Shown here one piece after another: positions 10,807 to 21,126 of a stretch of 64,000 nt of DNA (position 1 is the first letter of the stretch; the number at the start of each line of letters is the position of its first letter). Under the pieces are notes generated by a model that was not told where the DNA came from, did no database searches, and saw nothing but the letters and a program-made list of their open reading frames with translations. A program made the translations under genes and the position numbers. Source of the stretch: an uncultured virus (IMG/VR IMGVR_UViG_3300032093_000026). Lineage: Duplodnaviria > Heunggongvirae > Uroviricota > Caudoviricetes. The stretch lies in the IMG/VR virus record IMGVR_UViG_3300032093_000026; one strand, given 5' to 3'.

Positions 10807-12126
10807 TTATTCAAAAGATATATCAAAAAAGTTACCTCTTTGTTTTATATCATCTGTGTTAATTCCTTTGTAATTTAAAAAAGGAATAACATCTATATAA
10901 AACTGTTCTTGATCTTCTTTCCAACCTGGGTGAAAAGAAATATGCATTGGTACATTTAAATCCCAAAGAACTGATTTTTCTTTCAGCAGTTCTTGTTCAT
11001 GACCTTCAACATCTATTTTTATAACAGAGATATTACTTTCAGATAGGTTATATTTTTCTAAAATTTCTTTAATTGAAATACAATCAACTGATATTAAATT
11101 TTCTGTAGCTGAATCTCTTGTAATACTTTCCCCTAAAACAGCAGAACCTAATTGTAATTTAGTTTTTGTAGAAACAGCTTTGTCTTCTAAAATAATATTT
11201 GATATATTATTTAATTTAATATTTTCTACAAACTCTGCATGAGCAACTGGATCAGGTTCAAAACATATACAGTTCTTTGAATATTTTGAAGCTACTAATG
11301 ATATAGGACCTATCCACGATCCTATATCTATAAATGTTTTATTTTTATCAAGTTTTGGAACAATAAAATCAAAGGTTGATTGTTCCCACCAAGAATAATG
11401 ATCTAACCAAAATTTTGTTGTAACTGGTGTATTTTGTACATTAAATTCCAAACCACCTTTATTTACCTTATGACTCATATTAATAGTTGATTTTAATTTG
11501 GTTCCCCAACATGATATACTTGATGCTGCAGTGTTTAAATAATATTTCCATTCATCTGTAATATTTTCATCTGTTAAATACCACGGTGTGTGTTTTATAC
11601 AATATGGTTTATCTAATCTTAAGGCATCATATGCAAAACCAGAAAATGGTCTATATAAAGCAAATGTTGTATCAATATGAGCATCCCATCCAATATCTTT
11701 TCTGTTTATCCAATACTTACTTTCCCATTCTCTTGCTTGCCTTCCTATTTCTGTTTCAGGTAAATCACTTATATCTAATGAAAATCCAACTTTAAAAACA
11801 TCAGTGTTTTCTAAAACATTAATCATTTTATCAAGCCAATCATTTGGAACGTCATCATACAAGCAATCTGAATCAGCTATTATAAAATAGTTATCGTTAA
11901 AGTAAGGTCTTAATTGATCACCCCATACAGAATGGGGACCATTATTTTGACTAGAATAAACAACAGTTACACCTGAGTTATTATAATATTCTAATAATGG
12001 AGGATATGTAGATTGCTGATCAAAAATTACAATCTCAATTCTTGGTTCTTTTAAAAGAAAGTTAACAGCGTTTTTTAAAGAACTAATGAGATTTCTATTG
12101 ACAATAAATGCTTTAATCTTTTTCAA
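10807..12126 (-). CDS. GT-A glycosyltransferase fused to FkbM-family methyltransferase
   Basis: N-terminal DQQSTYPPL, DSD and IDTTFALY. C-terminal IDIGSWIG, FEPDP and IKIDVEGHE (FkbM/Methyltransf_21 signature). Confidence 0.85.
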   Translation of the reverse strand: MKKIKAFIVNRNLISSLKNAVNFLLKEPRIEIVIFDQQSTYPPLLEYYNNSGVTVVYSSQNNGPHSVWGDQLRPYFNDNYFIIADSDCLYDDVPNDWLDKMINVLENTDVFKVGFSLDISDLPETEIGRQAREWESKYWINRKDIGWDAHIDTTFALYRPFSGFAYDALRLDKPYCIKHTPWYLTDENITDEWKYYLNTAASSISCWGTKLKSTINMSHKVNKGGLEFNVQNTPVTTKFWLDHYSWWEQSTFDFIVPKLDKNKTFIDIGSWIGPISLVASKYSKNCICFEPDPVAHAEFVENIKLNNISNIILEDKAVSTKTKLQLGSAVLGESITRDSATENLISVDCISIKEILEKYNLSESNISVIKIDVEGHEQELLKEKSVLWDLNVPMHISFHPGWKEDQEQFYIDVIPFLNYKGINTDDIKQRGNFFDISFE

Positions 12127-12862
12127 GAAAATCTTTTAAAAGTTGTTTATAATCTTGTTCCCAATGTGGGTTCAAATATACATCACCTGTAGGAACATAA
12201 CCTAACTTACGCATGTATTCAACATGTTCACTATGTCTTTGTATCACATTTGGTCTGTCACTAGTATCTGTACCTGCACCACTCATATGATAACTTCTAC
12301 CTCCCCACATATAAAACCAACTCACTTCATTGTCTGGTGGAGCAGCAAATACAACATTTTGTGAATTATATCGAATATTCATTACAAATGTCATATCATA
12401 TCCTGCATTCTCATGTGGATGTTTTCCAAGATTTTCCCAAATTCTTTTACTATAAACAATGCCTGAATTACCTAATCCTGTAATATCAGTAATTGCTTTA
12501 TTGTTAAAGAAAACTCCACGATGCCAGTGTAAAAGATCTGTATCTTCTTTAAAATACTTTGCAATATTTGTTAGATGATTTGGAAGTGCAACATCGTCAT
12601 CGTCCCAAACTGCAATTATATTAGATGAACATTGACTTACAGCAAAGTTTTCTTTTTCACCAATTGTTTGAAATGTGTAATCTAAATTATAAATTTTTAT
12701 TTCAGGATGGTCAAAGATTAATTTTTGTAAAGGGTAATCGTTTACAATAATCATTTCTTTTTTACCAGGATAGTCTTGATTAATAAAAGAATAAATACTT
12801 TCTTCTAATAAATCCACTCTACCATACGTTATACATTTTGCAGATATAAAAGGATAATTCAT
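12113..12862 (-). CDS. GT2-family glycosyltransferase
   Basis: TYGR..LEESI.SF..QDY, IIVND and WDDDD motifs. Confidence 0.85.
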   Translation of the reverse strand: MNYPFISAKCITYGRVDLLEESIYSFINQDYPGKKEMIIVNDYPLQKLIFDHPEIKIYNLDYTFQTIGEKENFAVSQCSSNIIAVWDDDDVALPNHLTNIAKYFKEDTDLLHWHRGVFFNNKAITDITGLGNSGIVYSKRIWENLGKHPHENAGYDMTFVMNIRYNSQNVVFAAPPDNEVSWFYMWGGRSYHMSGAGTDTSDRPNVIQRHSEHVEYMRKLGYVPTGDVYLNPHWEQDYKQLLKDFLEKD

Positions 12863-13785
12863 ATAAGCGCTGATGTTTTAGAAGTGTTAATAATTTCTTC
12901 AGCATACTTATATGAACAAAAATCTTTATTAAGATTTTGAATTTCTATATCATATGGTAATACTAATTGATACTTGCCTTTAAAAAATAAATCAGTTCTG
13001 TCAGAAGTTACACCTGCATTATGAAATATAGGATGTTTATCCCATTCACTAACTGGAGATGTAGCCCAAGAAAAAGAAAGTTTATTAGTTACTAATACTT
13101 GCTTATCCCAAAACCAAAGATTCCAAAGAACTGCCCACATATCAGCACACCAAATTTGTAGTTCATGATATGAAGGATCTAATGCTTTATCTTTATCAAT
13201 TTCATGTGTAATTAATCTAAAAAGATTTTCAGCATCATAATATACTTTTTTCCAAAACTCTGCAGGAATTCCTTTTAAAATATATTGTGCTCCACCACTA
13301 TTTTTTTCTTGCTCAATAATGTATTGTTTATTAACATTAACTATATCAGCCATAAAATCAAGATACTTTTCACCTTTAGATCTAACATAGTTTGCACCAA
13401 TATAACTTACAGTATCGCTTACATAACAATTATCATCTTCAAGAAGTCCTTTAAAATCTAATGGTTTTGCAAAAATAATATCGCAGTCATGATAGAAAAT
13501 AGTTTCATGTTCTAATTCAGGATGCTGCAACCAATGCTTGTACAAAACATGGGGACGTATACTGGATATATAACAAGGTTTTTGCCTGTTATCTGGATAA
13601 AAATAAAATCTCGTATCAGTGTATTTTGCTGCAAGTTTTTGCCATTTTTCAGAAACATGTCCATGGTGCCCACATACAATTTGAATATCTTTTGGATCTA
13701 CACCATTTCTAACAAAGTTATTAATCATAACTTCTACTTGCCATGTATAATAATCTATGGCAGGTTGTACGCATAAAAATTTCAT
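12859..13785 (-). CDS. GT-A glycosyltransferase, possibly a GT95/GT96-like protein O-glycosyltransferase
   Basis: YYTWQ at the N-terminus, DCD (DxD) motif, GGAQY and WCADMWA. Confidence 0.6.
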   Translation of the reverse strand: MKFLCVQPAIDYYTWQVEVMINNFVRNGVDPKDIQIVCGHHGHVSEKWQKLAAKYTDTRFYFYPDNRQKPCYISSIRPHVLYKHWLQHPELEHETIFYHDCDIIFAKPLDFKGLLEDDNCYVSDTVSYIGANYVRSKGEKYLDFMADIVNVNKQYIIEQEKNSGGAQYILKGIPAEFWKKVYYDAENLFRLITHEIDKDKALDPSYHELQIWCADMWAVLWNLWFWDKQVLVTNKLSFSWATSPVSEWDKHPIFHNAGVTSDRTDLFFKGKYQLVLPYDIEIQNLNKDFCSYKYAEEIINTSKTSALI

Positions 13786-13802
13786 AAATGTTGGTTTTTT
13801 TA

Positions 13803-13810
13803 CAAATATA
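13803..13810 (-). promoter_or_regulatory. Bacteroidota-type -7 element (TATATTTG) upstream of the GT operon
   Basis: Matches TAnnTTTG about 18 nt before the ATG at 13785. Confidence 0.4.
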
Positions 13811-13819
13811 TTAAATAAA

Positions 13820-16288
13820 TTAACAATATCCTATTGCTTGTACAAATGATGTTCCTCCAAAAATACCACCTTGAAAACATACAGTATTACCAGGCGCAAG
13901 TGAAAAGTTATTTGACCAGTTAACACAATAATCTGACCAACCACTTACACTTACAAAAAAAGTAGATGTATTTAAATATTCAACAGATGGTGCAACTACA
14001 TATGTAGGAGAAGTGCTAGTAGAACCATCTGTAAAAAATACTCTTAATCTGATTTCAAAAAATGTTGCAACTGGAGGAGTAGCATAAAGACTAAGTATAT
14101 TACATATATTTAAAAAACCAGATTGTACATTAGTTGCAGCAGGACTGCTTTGTGTCCAACTTAACCAATTTTGTTGTCTATGATCTAGAAATACAGCGCT
14201 AACACATTTACAATTATCACCTAAAAGACCCCATAGAATTGTTTGATTACAACCACTTCCCCCAAAAGGTGCTGATGTAACAGTTGCTATTGTAGCGCCT
14301 GGATAACAAGTTCCACCTGGATTTCCTGAAATAAAAGGTGTGCAAGTATTTGTACCTGAAACACATGCGGGTGCAATTGTTGTAGTGCTGGTAGAAGTAG
14401 TTGTTGGTGGACCTGTCACCACAAAACTATTAGATGCAGGACAAATTCCACTTACACTCACAATTCTTAACTGAACAAGAGATCCTATTGGTATTTGAAA
14501 AGGTAACACAGTTGATGAAGATAAACAACCTGTACCTCCTACCACATTATTCCAAGGAGTCCAAGATGTACCTGTACCACTTGTATCAGCTCTAAATTGA
14601 ACTTGAGAACATGTGTTACAACCTACTGTTGGAATTGTGTAATTTATTTGAACAGTTTGACTACCCGTGCCACCACCTGATATTGAACGAGCATCAGTAA
14701 TTGTTGGAGAACAGCATATTGGAGGAGCTAACGTAGTAGTTGTACTAGTTGATGTTGTGCTAGTAGTCGAAGTGGTAGTCGAAGTGGTTGTAGTAGATGT
14801 AGAAGTTGTTGTTGTAGTTGGATTACATACCCCTCGATTTAATGCTTTAAAACCATAAGGATCAGGAAGATTGCTATTAGGTACATTTACCCATAAATTA
14901 GATACACAACTTAAAATACAACTAGCTGGGTAAGGACCAGCTAAGGGACTATAAGCTACAATAGCTGATGGTGCAAATGGAGGTGTTAAAGATGTGTTAG
15001 TTGCATAAGCAACAACCCACGCACCTCCTGGCAGATAAGTAGAACTATTATCCCAATATATGTATAGTACTTCAGGATCTGGTGGATCAACAATAAATTT
15101 ATACCACACCTTACCATTTACGAGTGTTGTCTCAGGGAATAAACTTTGTTCAATATTACCAAAGTTTTCTGAAAATGCATAAAAACAAATATTTTCTGGA
15201 CATTTTCCTAACGCACTACTGCATACTGCAGGTGTTAATGCATTATTACAATCAGGAGTCCATTGATTAGTTGAACTACTTATAGGTAAAGCGTTACCAC
15301 CATTATCAAGTGTTTGAAAAATTGAACCTGCTCCTAAACCATCTATATCCCAAACCCATTTATTAATAGAAGGTAGCCAATAAACAGCTAAACTAGTTGC
15401 ATAACCATACCACACTTTACCATTATATAAAACTGGTGATGTACCGATTGGTAAATCTTCATAACCTAGACCACCTTGTTCTGCTGCAACTATAAAACAC
15501 ATTGTTGGATCAATAGTAGTTGTAGTTGTTGTGGAACTAGTTGTTGTGGAGCTTGTTGTAGTGCTTGTGCTACTTGTTGTTGATGTTGATGTAGTAGTAC
15601 TTGTTGTTGAAGTACTAGTAGATGTAGTAGTACTAGTTGTTGAAGTAGTAGTTGTAGTGGGGCAATTTTCTAAAAGTGAAGAATCTATAAACCCTACACT
15701 TGTTCCACCAACTACTTGTGGTGTCCATAATGGAGGATTTATACCATTAGTAACTGGATATTGTGCTGTTGATGGAAGTGTTTGAATTATTCCACCAAAT
15801 GATGAATCTTCATGAACCCACTGTGTACCATCATAATACACTCTTCTTAATGGAGAATTGTCAAAAACATATTGAGGTTTACCATTTATTTGAGAAGCAT
15901 TACCGCCTGATGATAATTGTATATTATAAAAACAAGCATTACCTACACATTCTATATATAAATTAAAACATATATTAGGAAATACAGTAGTTGTGGTCGT
16001 AGTAGAAGATGTTGTAGTTGTTGAAGAAGTTGTACTACTTGTGGTGGTGCTAGTTGATGTACTGGTAGTAGTAGTTGGTAAAATAATTGGTATATTACAA
16101 CTACTAGTATTTGACGTAGCTATTAAAGCTATTACACCTGGTGATACATCAACTAGCATGCCTGCTAACAAATCTGCTGTATTTACAACAGATGGGTTAA
16201 CAGTACCGCCAGCAGGTATTGTAGATAAAGTCATCGTTGGACCAAATCCAGAACCAAGAGGACCATTTATTTGTACAAATACAAACAT
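13820..16288 (-). CDS. Mucin-like Thr/Ser-rich modular virion fibre protein
   Basis: 822 aa with four poly-T/S tracts and three NGKx[WQ]Y..Y[YW]..W repeats. Confidence 0.65.
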   Translation of the reverse strand: MFVFVQINGPLGSGFGPTMTLSTIPAGGTVNPSVVNTADLLAGMLVDVSPGVIALIATSNTSSCNIPIILPTTTTSTSTSTTTSSTTSSTTTTSSTTTTTTVFPNICFNLYIECVGNACFYNIQLSSGGNASQINGKPQYVFDNSPLRRVYYDGTQWVHEDSSFGGIIQTLPSTAQYPVTNGINPPLWTPQVVGGTSVGFIDSSLLENCPTTTTTSTTSTTTSTSTSTTSTTTSTSTTSSTSTTTSSTTTSSTTTTTTIDPTMCFIVAAEQGGLGYEDLPIGTSPVLYNGKVWYGYATSLAVYWLPSINKWVWDIDGLGAGSIFQTLDNGGNALPISSSTNQWTPDCNNALTPAVCSSALGKCPENICFYAFSENFGNIEQSLFPETTLVNGKVWYKFIVDPPDPEVLYIYWDNSSTYLPGGAWVVAYATNTSLTPPFAPSAIVAYSPLAGPYPASCILSCVSNLWVNVPNSNLPDPYGFKALNRGVCNPTTTTTSTSTTTTSTTTSTTSTTSTSTTTTLAPPICCSPTITDARSISGGGTGSQTVQINYTIPTVGCNTCSQVQFRADTSGTGTSWTPWNNVVGGTGCLSSSTVLPFQIPIGSLVQLRIVSVSGICPASNSFVVTGPPTTTSTSTTTIAPACVSGTNTCTPFISGNPGGTCYPGATIATVTSAPFGGSGCNQTILWGLLGDNCKCVSAVFLDHRQQNWLSWTQSSPAATNVQSGFLNICNILSLYATPPVATFFEIRLRVFFTDGSTSTSPTYVVAPSVEYLNTSTFFVSVSGWSDYCVNWSNNFSLAPGNTVCFQGGIFGGTSFVQAIGYC

Positions 16289-16300
16289 ACTTTATATAAA

Positions 16301-16933
16301 TTAAGAAATCTTCTTAACAAAAATTCTAGTTGGTGTATTATTAGCATCTGAAGGGAATGGTGACTGTGCACTTGGGTTCATACAAACACTATAATAACCA
16401 GCAGCTGTTACTTCAAGTATAAGTGTAGCATTAATTATCTGATCAGCAGCTGCAGCTTCAACTGATTTATAATCATTCAAAAGAGTAATTGAACTCATTG
16501 CTCCACCTGATGTAGTAGAAGAAGATACTCTTACAAGGATATCAACATTACTAGTAAAATCAAAAAAGTGAATTTGAGTAGTTATCTCATAAATACCAGG
16601 TTGCTTAAAATGAATACGAGCTCCTTGGTTAGCATTAGTTCCAGCTACAGATCCAGAATTAACAAGCTCAAACACATCTGTATTTGTGTTAAATAGTACA
16701 CTGTTCCATGGAATGTAGTTATCTATTCCATTTGTCATATTACCATATTGAGCACTTGTAGGATAAGCTCCTCCTGATCCAGGGTTAACCCAGCTAAATC
16801 CAGCTGAAGGAGTTGTGAAGTTCTCTTTTTTCACCCTGTAGGTGGTTGCTCCTGTACTGTCATTCATTACAATTTCAGCACCCTGCGTGTTCCCAGTAAA
16901 TAAAGGAAGAGCAGAAATTTTTACGTTAGGCAT
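16301..16933 (-). CDS. Fibre tip/receptor-binding protein with a C1q/BclA-like C-terminal domain
   Basis: N-terminal VKISALP; IPWN..F..PGIYEITTQIHF jelly-roll pattern. Confidence 0.5.
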   Translation of the reverse strand: MPNVKISALPLFTGNTQGAEIVMNDSTGATTYRVKKENFTTPSAGFSWVNPGSGGAYPTSAQYGNMTNGIDNYIPWNSVLFNTNTDVFELVNSGSVAGTNANQGARIHFKQPGIYEITTQIHFFDFTSNVDILVRVSSSTTSGGAMSSITLLNDYKSVEAAAADQIINATLILEVTAAGYYSVCMNPSAQSPFPSDANNTPTRIFVKKIS

Positions 16934-16987
16934 AGTTTTTAAAATTTAAAAGTTAAAATATTTAGGGTTATACAAATATAATATAAT

Positions 16988-19900
16988 CTATTGTTCTGTT
17001 ATTAACAAATCATTGTTTTCAGCTTGAAGCTCATCATTTAATTCAGTTGATATAAAGTTACTAGGATCTGCAGTGGTAGTAGTTGTAGTACTAGTAGAAG
17101 TTGTACTTGTTGTAGTTGGAGTCGTACAAGTACCATCAATATATTCAATTTCAACAGCATCTGTACTTGAAATTGTTAAAGATGATGTTGTATAATTTCC
17201 AGTACCTATAACATCTATACACTCAACTATAACACTGTTAATTTTAATATTAAGTTTTGATGTAGGTGCAGCTGTTCCTATATTAATAGTCAAAGCACCA
17301 ACATAACCACCATGAACACCTTCTGCAGTTTGACCATTTGTAACAGGTAAACTACCTACTGTTATAATATACCAAGAAGGTGTAATATTATCTAAACTAG
17401 ATCCTGCAGATGTATTATTAGTTACAAACAAACTTCCAGAAGGTAATGTTGTTGTGGTTGTAGTACTAGTTGTTGTGGTCGTACTAGTTGAGGTAGTCGT
17501 TGTTGTAGTAGGTTCCTCTGTAGTAGTTGTTGTTGTACTAGTTGTAGACGTTGTTGATGTCGTAGTAGTAGTAGGCTCTTCTGTAGTCGTAGTTGTAGTA
17601 CTTGTTGTGGTCGGTTCTTCAGTTGTCGTAGTAGTTGTTGAAGTAGTTGTAGTTGTGCTTGTGGTAGTTGTAGGACATATTGATTGCTCTATAACTAAAT
17701 CTTCATCATTCTCAGCAGTTATGGAATCATCTCCTTCACTTGCTAACAAACATAAAGTAGCAGGATCTATTGTAGTAGTTGTAGTTGTACTGGTTGTAGA
17801 AGTAGTGGTAGTGGTTGGCTCCTCTGTAGTAGTAGTGGTCGTACTAGTTGAAGTAGTCGTAGTTGTAGGTTCCTCTGTGGTTGTAGTAGTTGTAGAAGTT
17901 GTACTAGTAGTAGGTTCTTCCGTAGTCGTAGTTGTAGTACTGCTACTAGTAGTAGTTGTGGTAGGTTCTTCTGTTGTAGTTGTTGTAGTAGAAGATGTTG
18001 TTGTACTGCTAGTAGTAGTAGTTGTTGGTGCACAAGACTGACAATCGTTAGGGAAACCTGATAGCAAACATCCAACTTCACATGGGGTAGTTGTTATATC
18101 CCCAGTTATATTAATTGGTGTTCCAGCAAGAACACAAGCTGTTATAGTGATGTTTGTTCCTATTATACCAATAGTATCTGGAGTTCCGTTACATTGTATA
18201 TAATCTATATTTCCTCCTACTGTAGGGCCTGAAGTAAAGCTATAGCAGAAGCAACAAGACTCAGCTACAATATTATCATCATTCTCAGCTGTTATAGGAT
18301 CATCACTTTCAGTAGATATGAAACACAATGTAGCTGGATCTAACGTGGTAGTAGTCGTAGTGCTTGACGTTGTGGTAGTACTAGTTGAAGTTGTAGTAGT
18401 GGTGGGTTCTTCAGTTGTTGTAGTTGTAGTTGTCGGCTCCTCAGTAGTAGTAGTAGTGGTTGTAGGTTCCTCAGTAGTAGTAGTAGTGGTAGTACTTGTA
18501 CTTGTTGTAGTAGTCGAAGTAGTAGTTGTACAAGTTGTTACAAAACTTTTTGCTCTTACATTTCCTAAAGAATCTGTAAATGCTATCCAATAAGTTCCTA
18601 CAGCAACACCTCCTTGTGAATATACTACAGATGTACCAACTGTCCAACTAGTATTAGATAATGCTGCAGCTTCACTTGTAAACCAAAAATTACCAAAAGC
18701 ATAACCTGTGCCTGAACCTCCTGTTGGGTTATTTGCTGTAACCTCAATTGATTGAGTTGCAGCATTTACGCATACTACAGATACTATATCAAAGTCTAAT
18801 GGACAAGGTGATTGTTCTATAGCTAAATTATCATCATTTTCCCCTGTTATAGGATCATTCCCTTCTGTAGCTATCAAACAAAATGTAGCAGGATCTAATG
18901 TTGTACTAGTTGTTGTCGTTGTTGTGCTAGTGGTACTAGTTGTAGTAGTAGACGTTGTAGGTTCTTCAGTTGTTGTGGTCGTTGTAGTACTTGATGTTGT
19001 TGTTGTCGTAGGTTCTTCTGTGGTTGTCGTAGTTGTACTAGTACTTGTTGTAGTAGACGTTGTAGTGGTGCTTGTGCTACTTGTAGTTGTAGTTGTACTA
19101 GTAGTAGTTGTCCCAGGACTATCACATAATAAACCAAATGCAAAGTTAGTTCTGTATTCACTATATGTAGCCTGAATCTGAATTTGTGTATGTGTTCCGG
19201 GAAACTGTACAATACCATAACCTTCATTACCAGATATAGTGTAACTATTAGATCCAAATACTACACCGCTGTCTCCCACTGTAAGGTCTGTTGGTGTAAC
19301 AGCACAAGGTCCAGCAGCATTAAATCCACATCCAGGAAGTTCAATAAATGGTACATTAGGTTTAAACAACTGCTGTGTTACAGGGCTACCCAAAGACCAT
19401 ATACCAAGAATAGGATCAGCAATTGGTGATGAGAAATTAAAGGTGATTGTCACTATTCCAGCAATATTACCTTTAATATAGTATGAATTACCACTTGGTG
19501 CAACATTACCATAACTTGTACAAGTAATACCATTAGTACATTGTACAGGTTCAACACCTGTGGGATTAAGAGGATCAAATCCATCACCAGGACCTGCAGG
19601 ACCATTGGTAGACATTGTGATACCAATTATACCTTGTTTAGCAGTATTTATAGATCCTTCAGTATAATTATCACCAACATTCTGCCATACAATTTGACAA
19701 AGTGTAGTAGTAGTTGTTGTTACAGGACATTCTTCAGTTCTAAGTTGATCATCATTTTCTGCTGTAATTGGTTCATCAGCTTCAGTAGCAAGTAAACAAA
19801 TATTGTTTGGATCTTCAGTAGTAGTAGTTGTAGTAGAAGATGTAGTAGAAGATGTTGTAGAAGATGTTGTAGGGATTGTACCTGTACCACCACCATTGCT

Positions 19901-20788
19901 ACAAGGATCTTCTGTAGTTGTAGTTGTAGTGGATGTTGTTGTAGTAGTAGACGTAGTTGTTGTAGGACAAGCACTTGCATCACCACTTCCTGGAACAGTA
20001 CAAGGTGGTTCATATATACATAAATCAAATGTACCAATTTGACCACTCGATGGTCCACCATACCCCCAAAATCTTACATAAATTGTATCGCCAGATGTTA
20101 ATCCTGTTAAATGTATAAACGGCATTGATGAACCTGATACATCGTCAACACAATAAGTTTGTGTAAGAGATTGACAATCTGAACCTTCGTAAATTGCTAA
20201 AGCACCATCTGTAATTTGATTTGCTCTTGTACTTACAAGCACATTACCGCTGGCAGGAACTATAAATCTTAACCATAAATCATGACCTAAATAATTTCCA
20301 CAAGTTGGAATTGGTAAAGATGCACCTATACTAGGAGTTGTATATGTTGTATAAACACAATTACACTGAACTGGAACTAATGTTGAAACACAAGCATTTG
20401 TTCCTGGTTGAGCTGTTGTAGTAGTTGTAGTTGAAGTAGTACTTGTTGTTGATGATGTAGTACTAGTACTTGTTGATGTAGATGTAGTTGTCGTTGAAGT
20501 AGATGTGCTAGTAGTTGATGTGGTAGTGGTTGTTGTGGATGTAGTTGTAGTGGTACATCTTAGATTTAGTTTATCTAATATAATATCTACAACTTCTTGA
20601 ACATTCATTCCTTTTTTTACACCAGCGCAATCGTAGTCACTTCCATTATAAACAATACACTCTGACTCAACAATAATATCACATTTTTGAGCATCAGGAC
20701 ATATAGTTGTTGGGCATGGATATGTTTTACCGTCTTGTGGACAGCAACAAGGTAAATTATTATATGAGCAACTACAACTGCAAGACAT
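16988..20788 (-). CDS. Mucin-like Cys-rich modular fibre protein
   Basis: 1266 aa with a Cys-rich N-terminal module, long T/S and TTTTEEP tracts, and five acidic [TS]E..D.I..ENDD repeats. Confidence 0.7.
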   Translation of the reverse strand: MSCSCSCSYNNLPCCCPQDGKTYPCPTTICPDAQKCDIIVESECIVYNGSDYDCAGVKKGMNVQEVVDIILDKLNLRCTTTTTSTTTTTTSTTSTSTSTTTTSTSTSTSTTSSTTSTTSTTTTTTAQPGTNACVSTLVPVQCNCVYTTYTTPSIGASLPIPTCGNYLGHDLWLRFIVPASGNVLVSTRANQITDGALAIYEGSDCQSLTQTYCVDDVSGSSMPFIHLTGLTSGDTIYVRFWGYGGPSSGQIGTFDLCIYEPPCTVPGSGDASACPTTTTSTTTTTSTTTTTTEDPCSNGGGTGTIPTTSSTTSSTTSSTTTTTTEDPNNICLLATEADEPITAENDDQLRTEECPVTTTTTTLCQIVWQNVGDNYTEGSINTAKQGIIGITMSTNGPAGPGDGFDPLNPTGVEPVQCTNGITCTSYGNVAPSGNSYYIKGNIAGIVTITFNFSSPIADPILGIWSLGSPVTQQLFKPNVPFIELPGCGFNAAGPCAVTPTDLTVGDSGVVFGSNSYTISGNEGYGIVQFPGTHTQIQIQATYSEYRTNFAFGLLCDSPGTTTTSTTTTTSSTSTTTTSTTTSTSTTTTTTEEPTTTTTSSTTTTTTTEEPTTSTTTTSTTSTTTTTTSTTLDPATFCLIATEGNDPITGENDDNLAIEQSPCPLDFDIVSVVCVNAATQSIEVTANNPTGGSGTGYAFGNFWFTSEAAALSNTSWTVGTSVVYSQGGVAVGTYWIAFTDSLGNVRAKSFVTTCTTTTSTTTTSTSTTTTTTTEEPTTTTTTTEEPTTTTTTTEEPTTTTTSTSTTTTSSTTTTTTLDPATLCFISTESDDPITAENDDNIVAESCCFCYSFTSGPTVGGNIDYIQCNGTPDTIGIIGTNITITACVLAGTPINITGDITTTPCEVGCLLSGFPNDCQSCAPTTTTTSSTTTSSTTTTTTEEPTTTTTSSSTTTTTTEEPTTSTTSTTTTTTEEPTTTTTSTSTTTTTTEEPTTTTTSTTSTTTTTTIDPATLCLLASEGDDSITAENDEDLVIEQSICPTTTTSTTTTTSTTTTTTEEPTTTSTTTTTTEEPTTTTTSTTSTTSTTTTTTEEPTTTTTTSTSTTTTTSTTTTTTLPSGSLFVTNNTSAGSSLDNITPSWYIITVGSLPVTNGQTAEGVHGGYVGALTINIGTAAPTSKLNIKINSVIVECIDVIGTGNYTTSSLTISSTDAVEIEYIDGTCTTPTTTSTTSTSTTTTTTADPSNFISTELNDELQAENNDLLITEQ
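17450..19110 (-). repeat. Coding tandem repeats (TTTT-EEP units)
   Basis: Many EEPTTTTT(S)T units with synonymous codon variation. Confidence 0.85.
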
Positions 20789-20795
20789 TATTAAA

Positions 20796-21113
20796 TTATT
20801 TAAAAGTTACTGTAGCTGTAAAACTACAATTTAGTGGTGGTAATGTTGTTTTACAATGCGGCAAGTTTTTAATTACATTTTCTAATATTATACAAAGTGA
20901 ATCACCATCTTTTAAACCATAACATTCTATATTAGGTCCGTGATATTGAATACACTCACAATCATAAAATTCTTCACACGGTTCACAATTAGGATTAATA
21001 GTTGTAGTGGTAGTCGTAGTTGTTGTACACTTAGGTACACAACTAGGACATACAGTTTCATGACAACCGCATGAAGCACTACATCCACAACTACAATTAC
21101 AATGACAACTCAT
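20796..21113 (-). CDS. Small Cys-rich protein with a Thr tract
   Basis: 105 aa; CIQYHGP..C..L..GD module shared with neighbouring genes. Confidence 0.65.
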   Translation of the reverse strand: MSCHCNCSCGCSASCGCHETVCPSCVPKCTTTTTTTTTINPNCEPCEEFYDCECIQYHGPNIECYGLKDGDSLCIILENVIKNLPHCKTTLPPLNCSFTATVTFK

Positions 21114-21126
21114 AATTTTTTATTTT

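Noticed and set aside
17450..19110. CRISPR array or DGR repeats
   Set aside because: The repeats are in-frame coding low complexity with synonymous variation. There is no repeat-spacer periodicity and no reverse transcriptase in the window.
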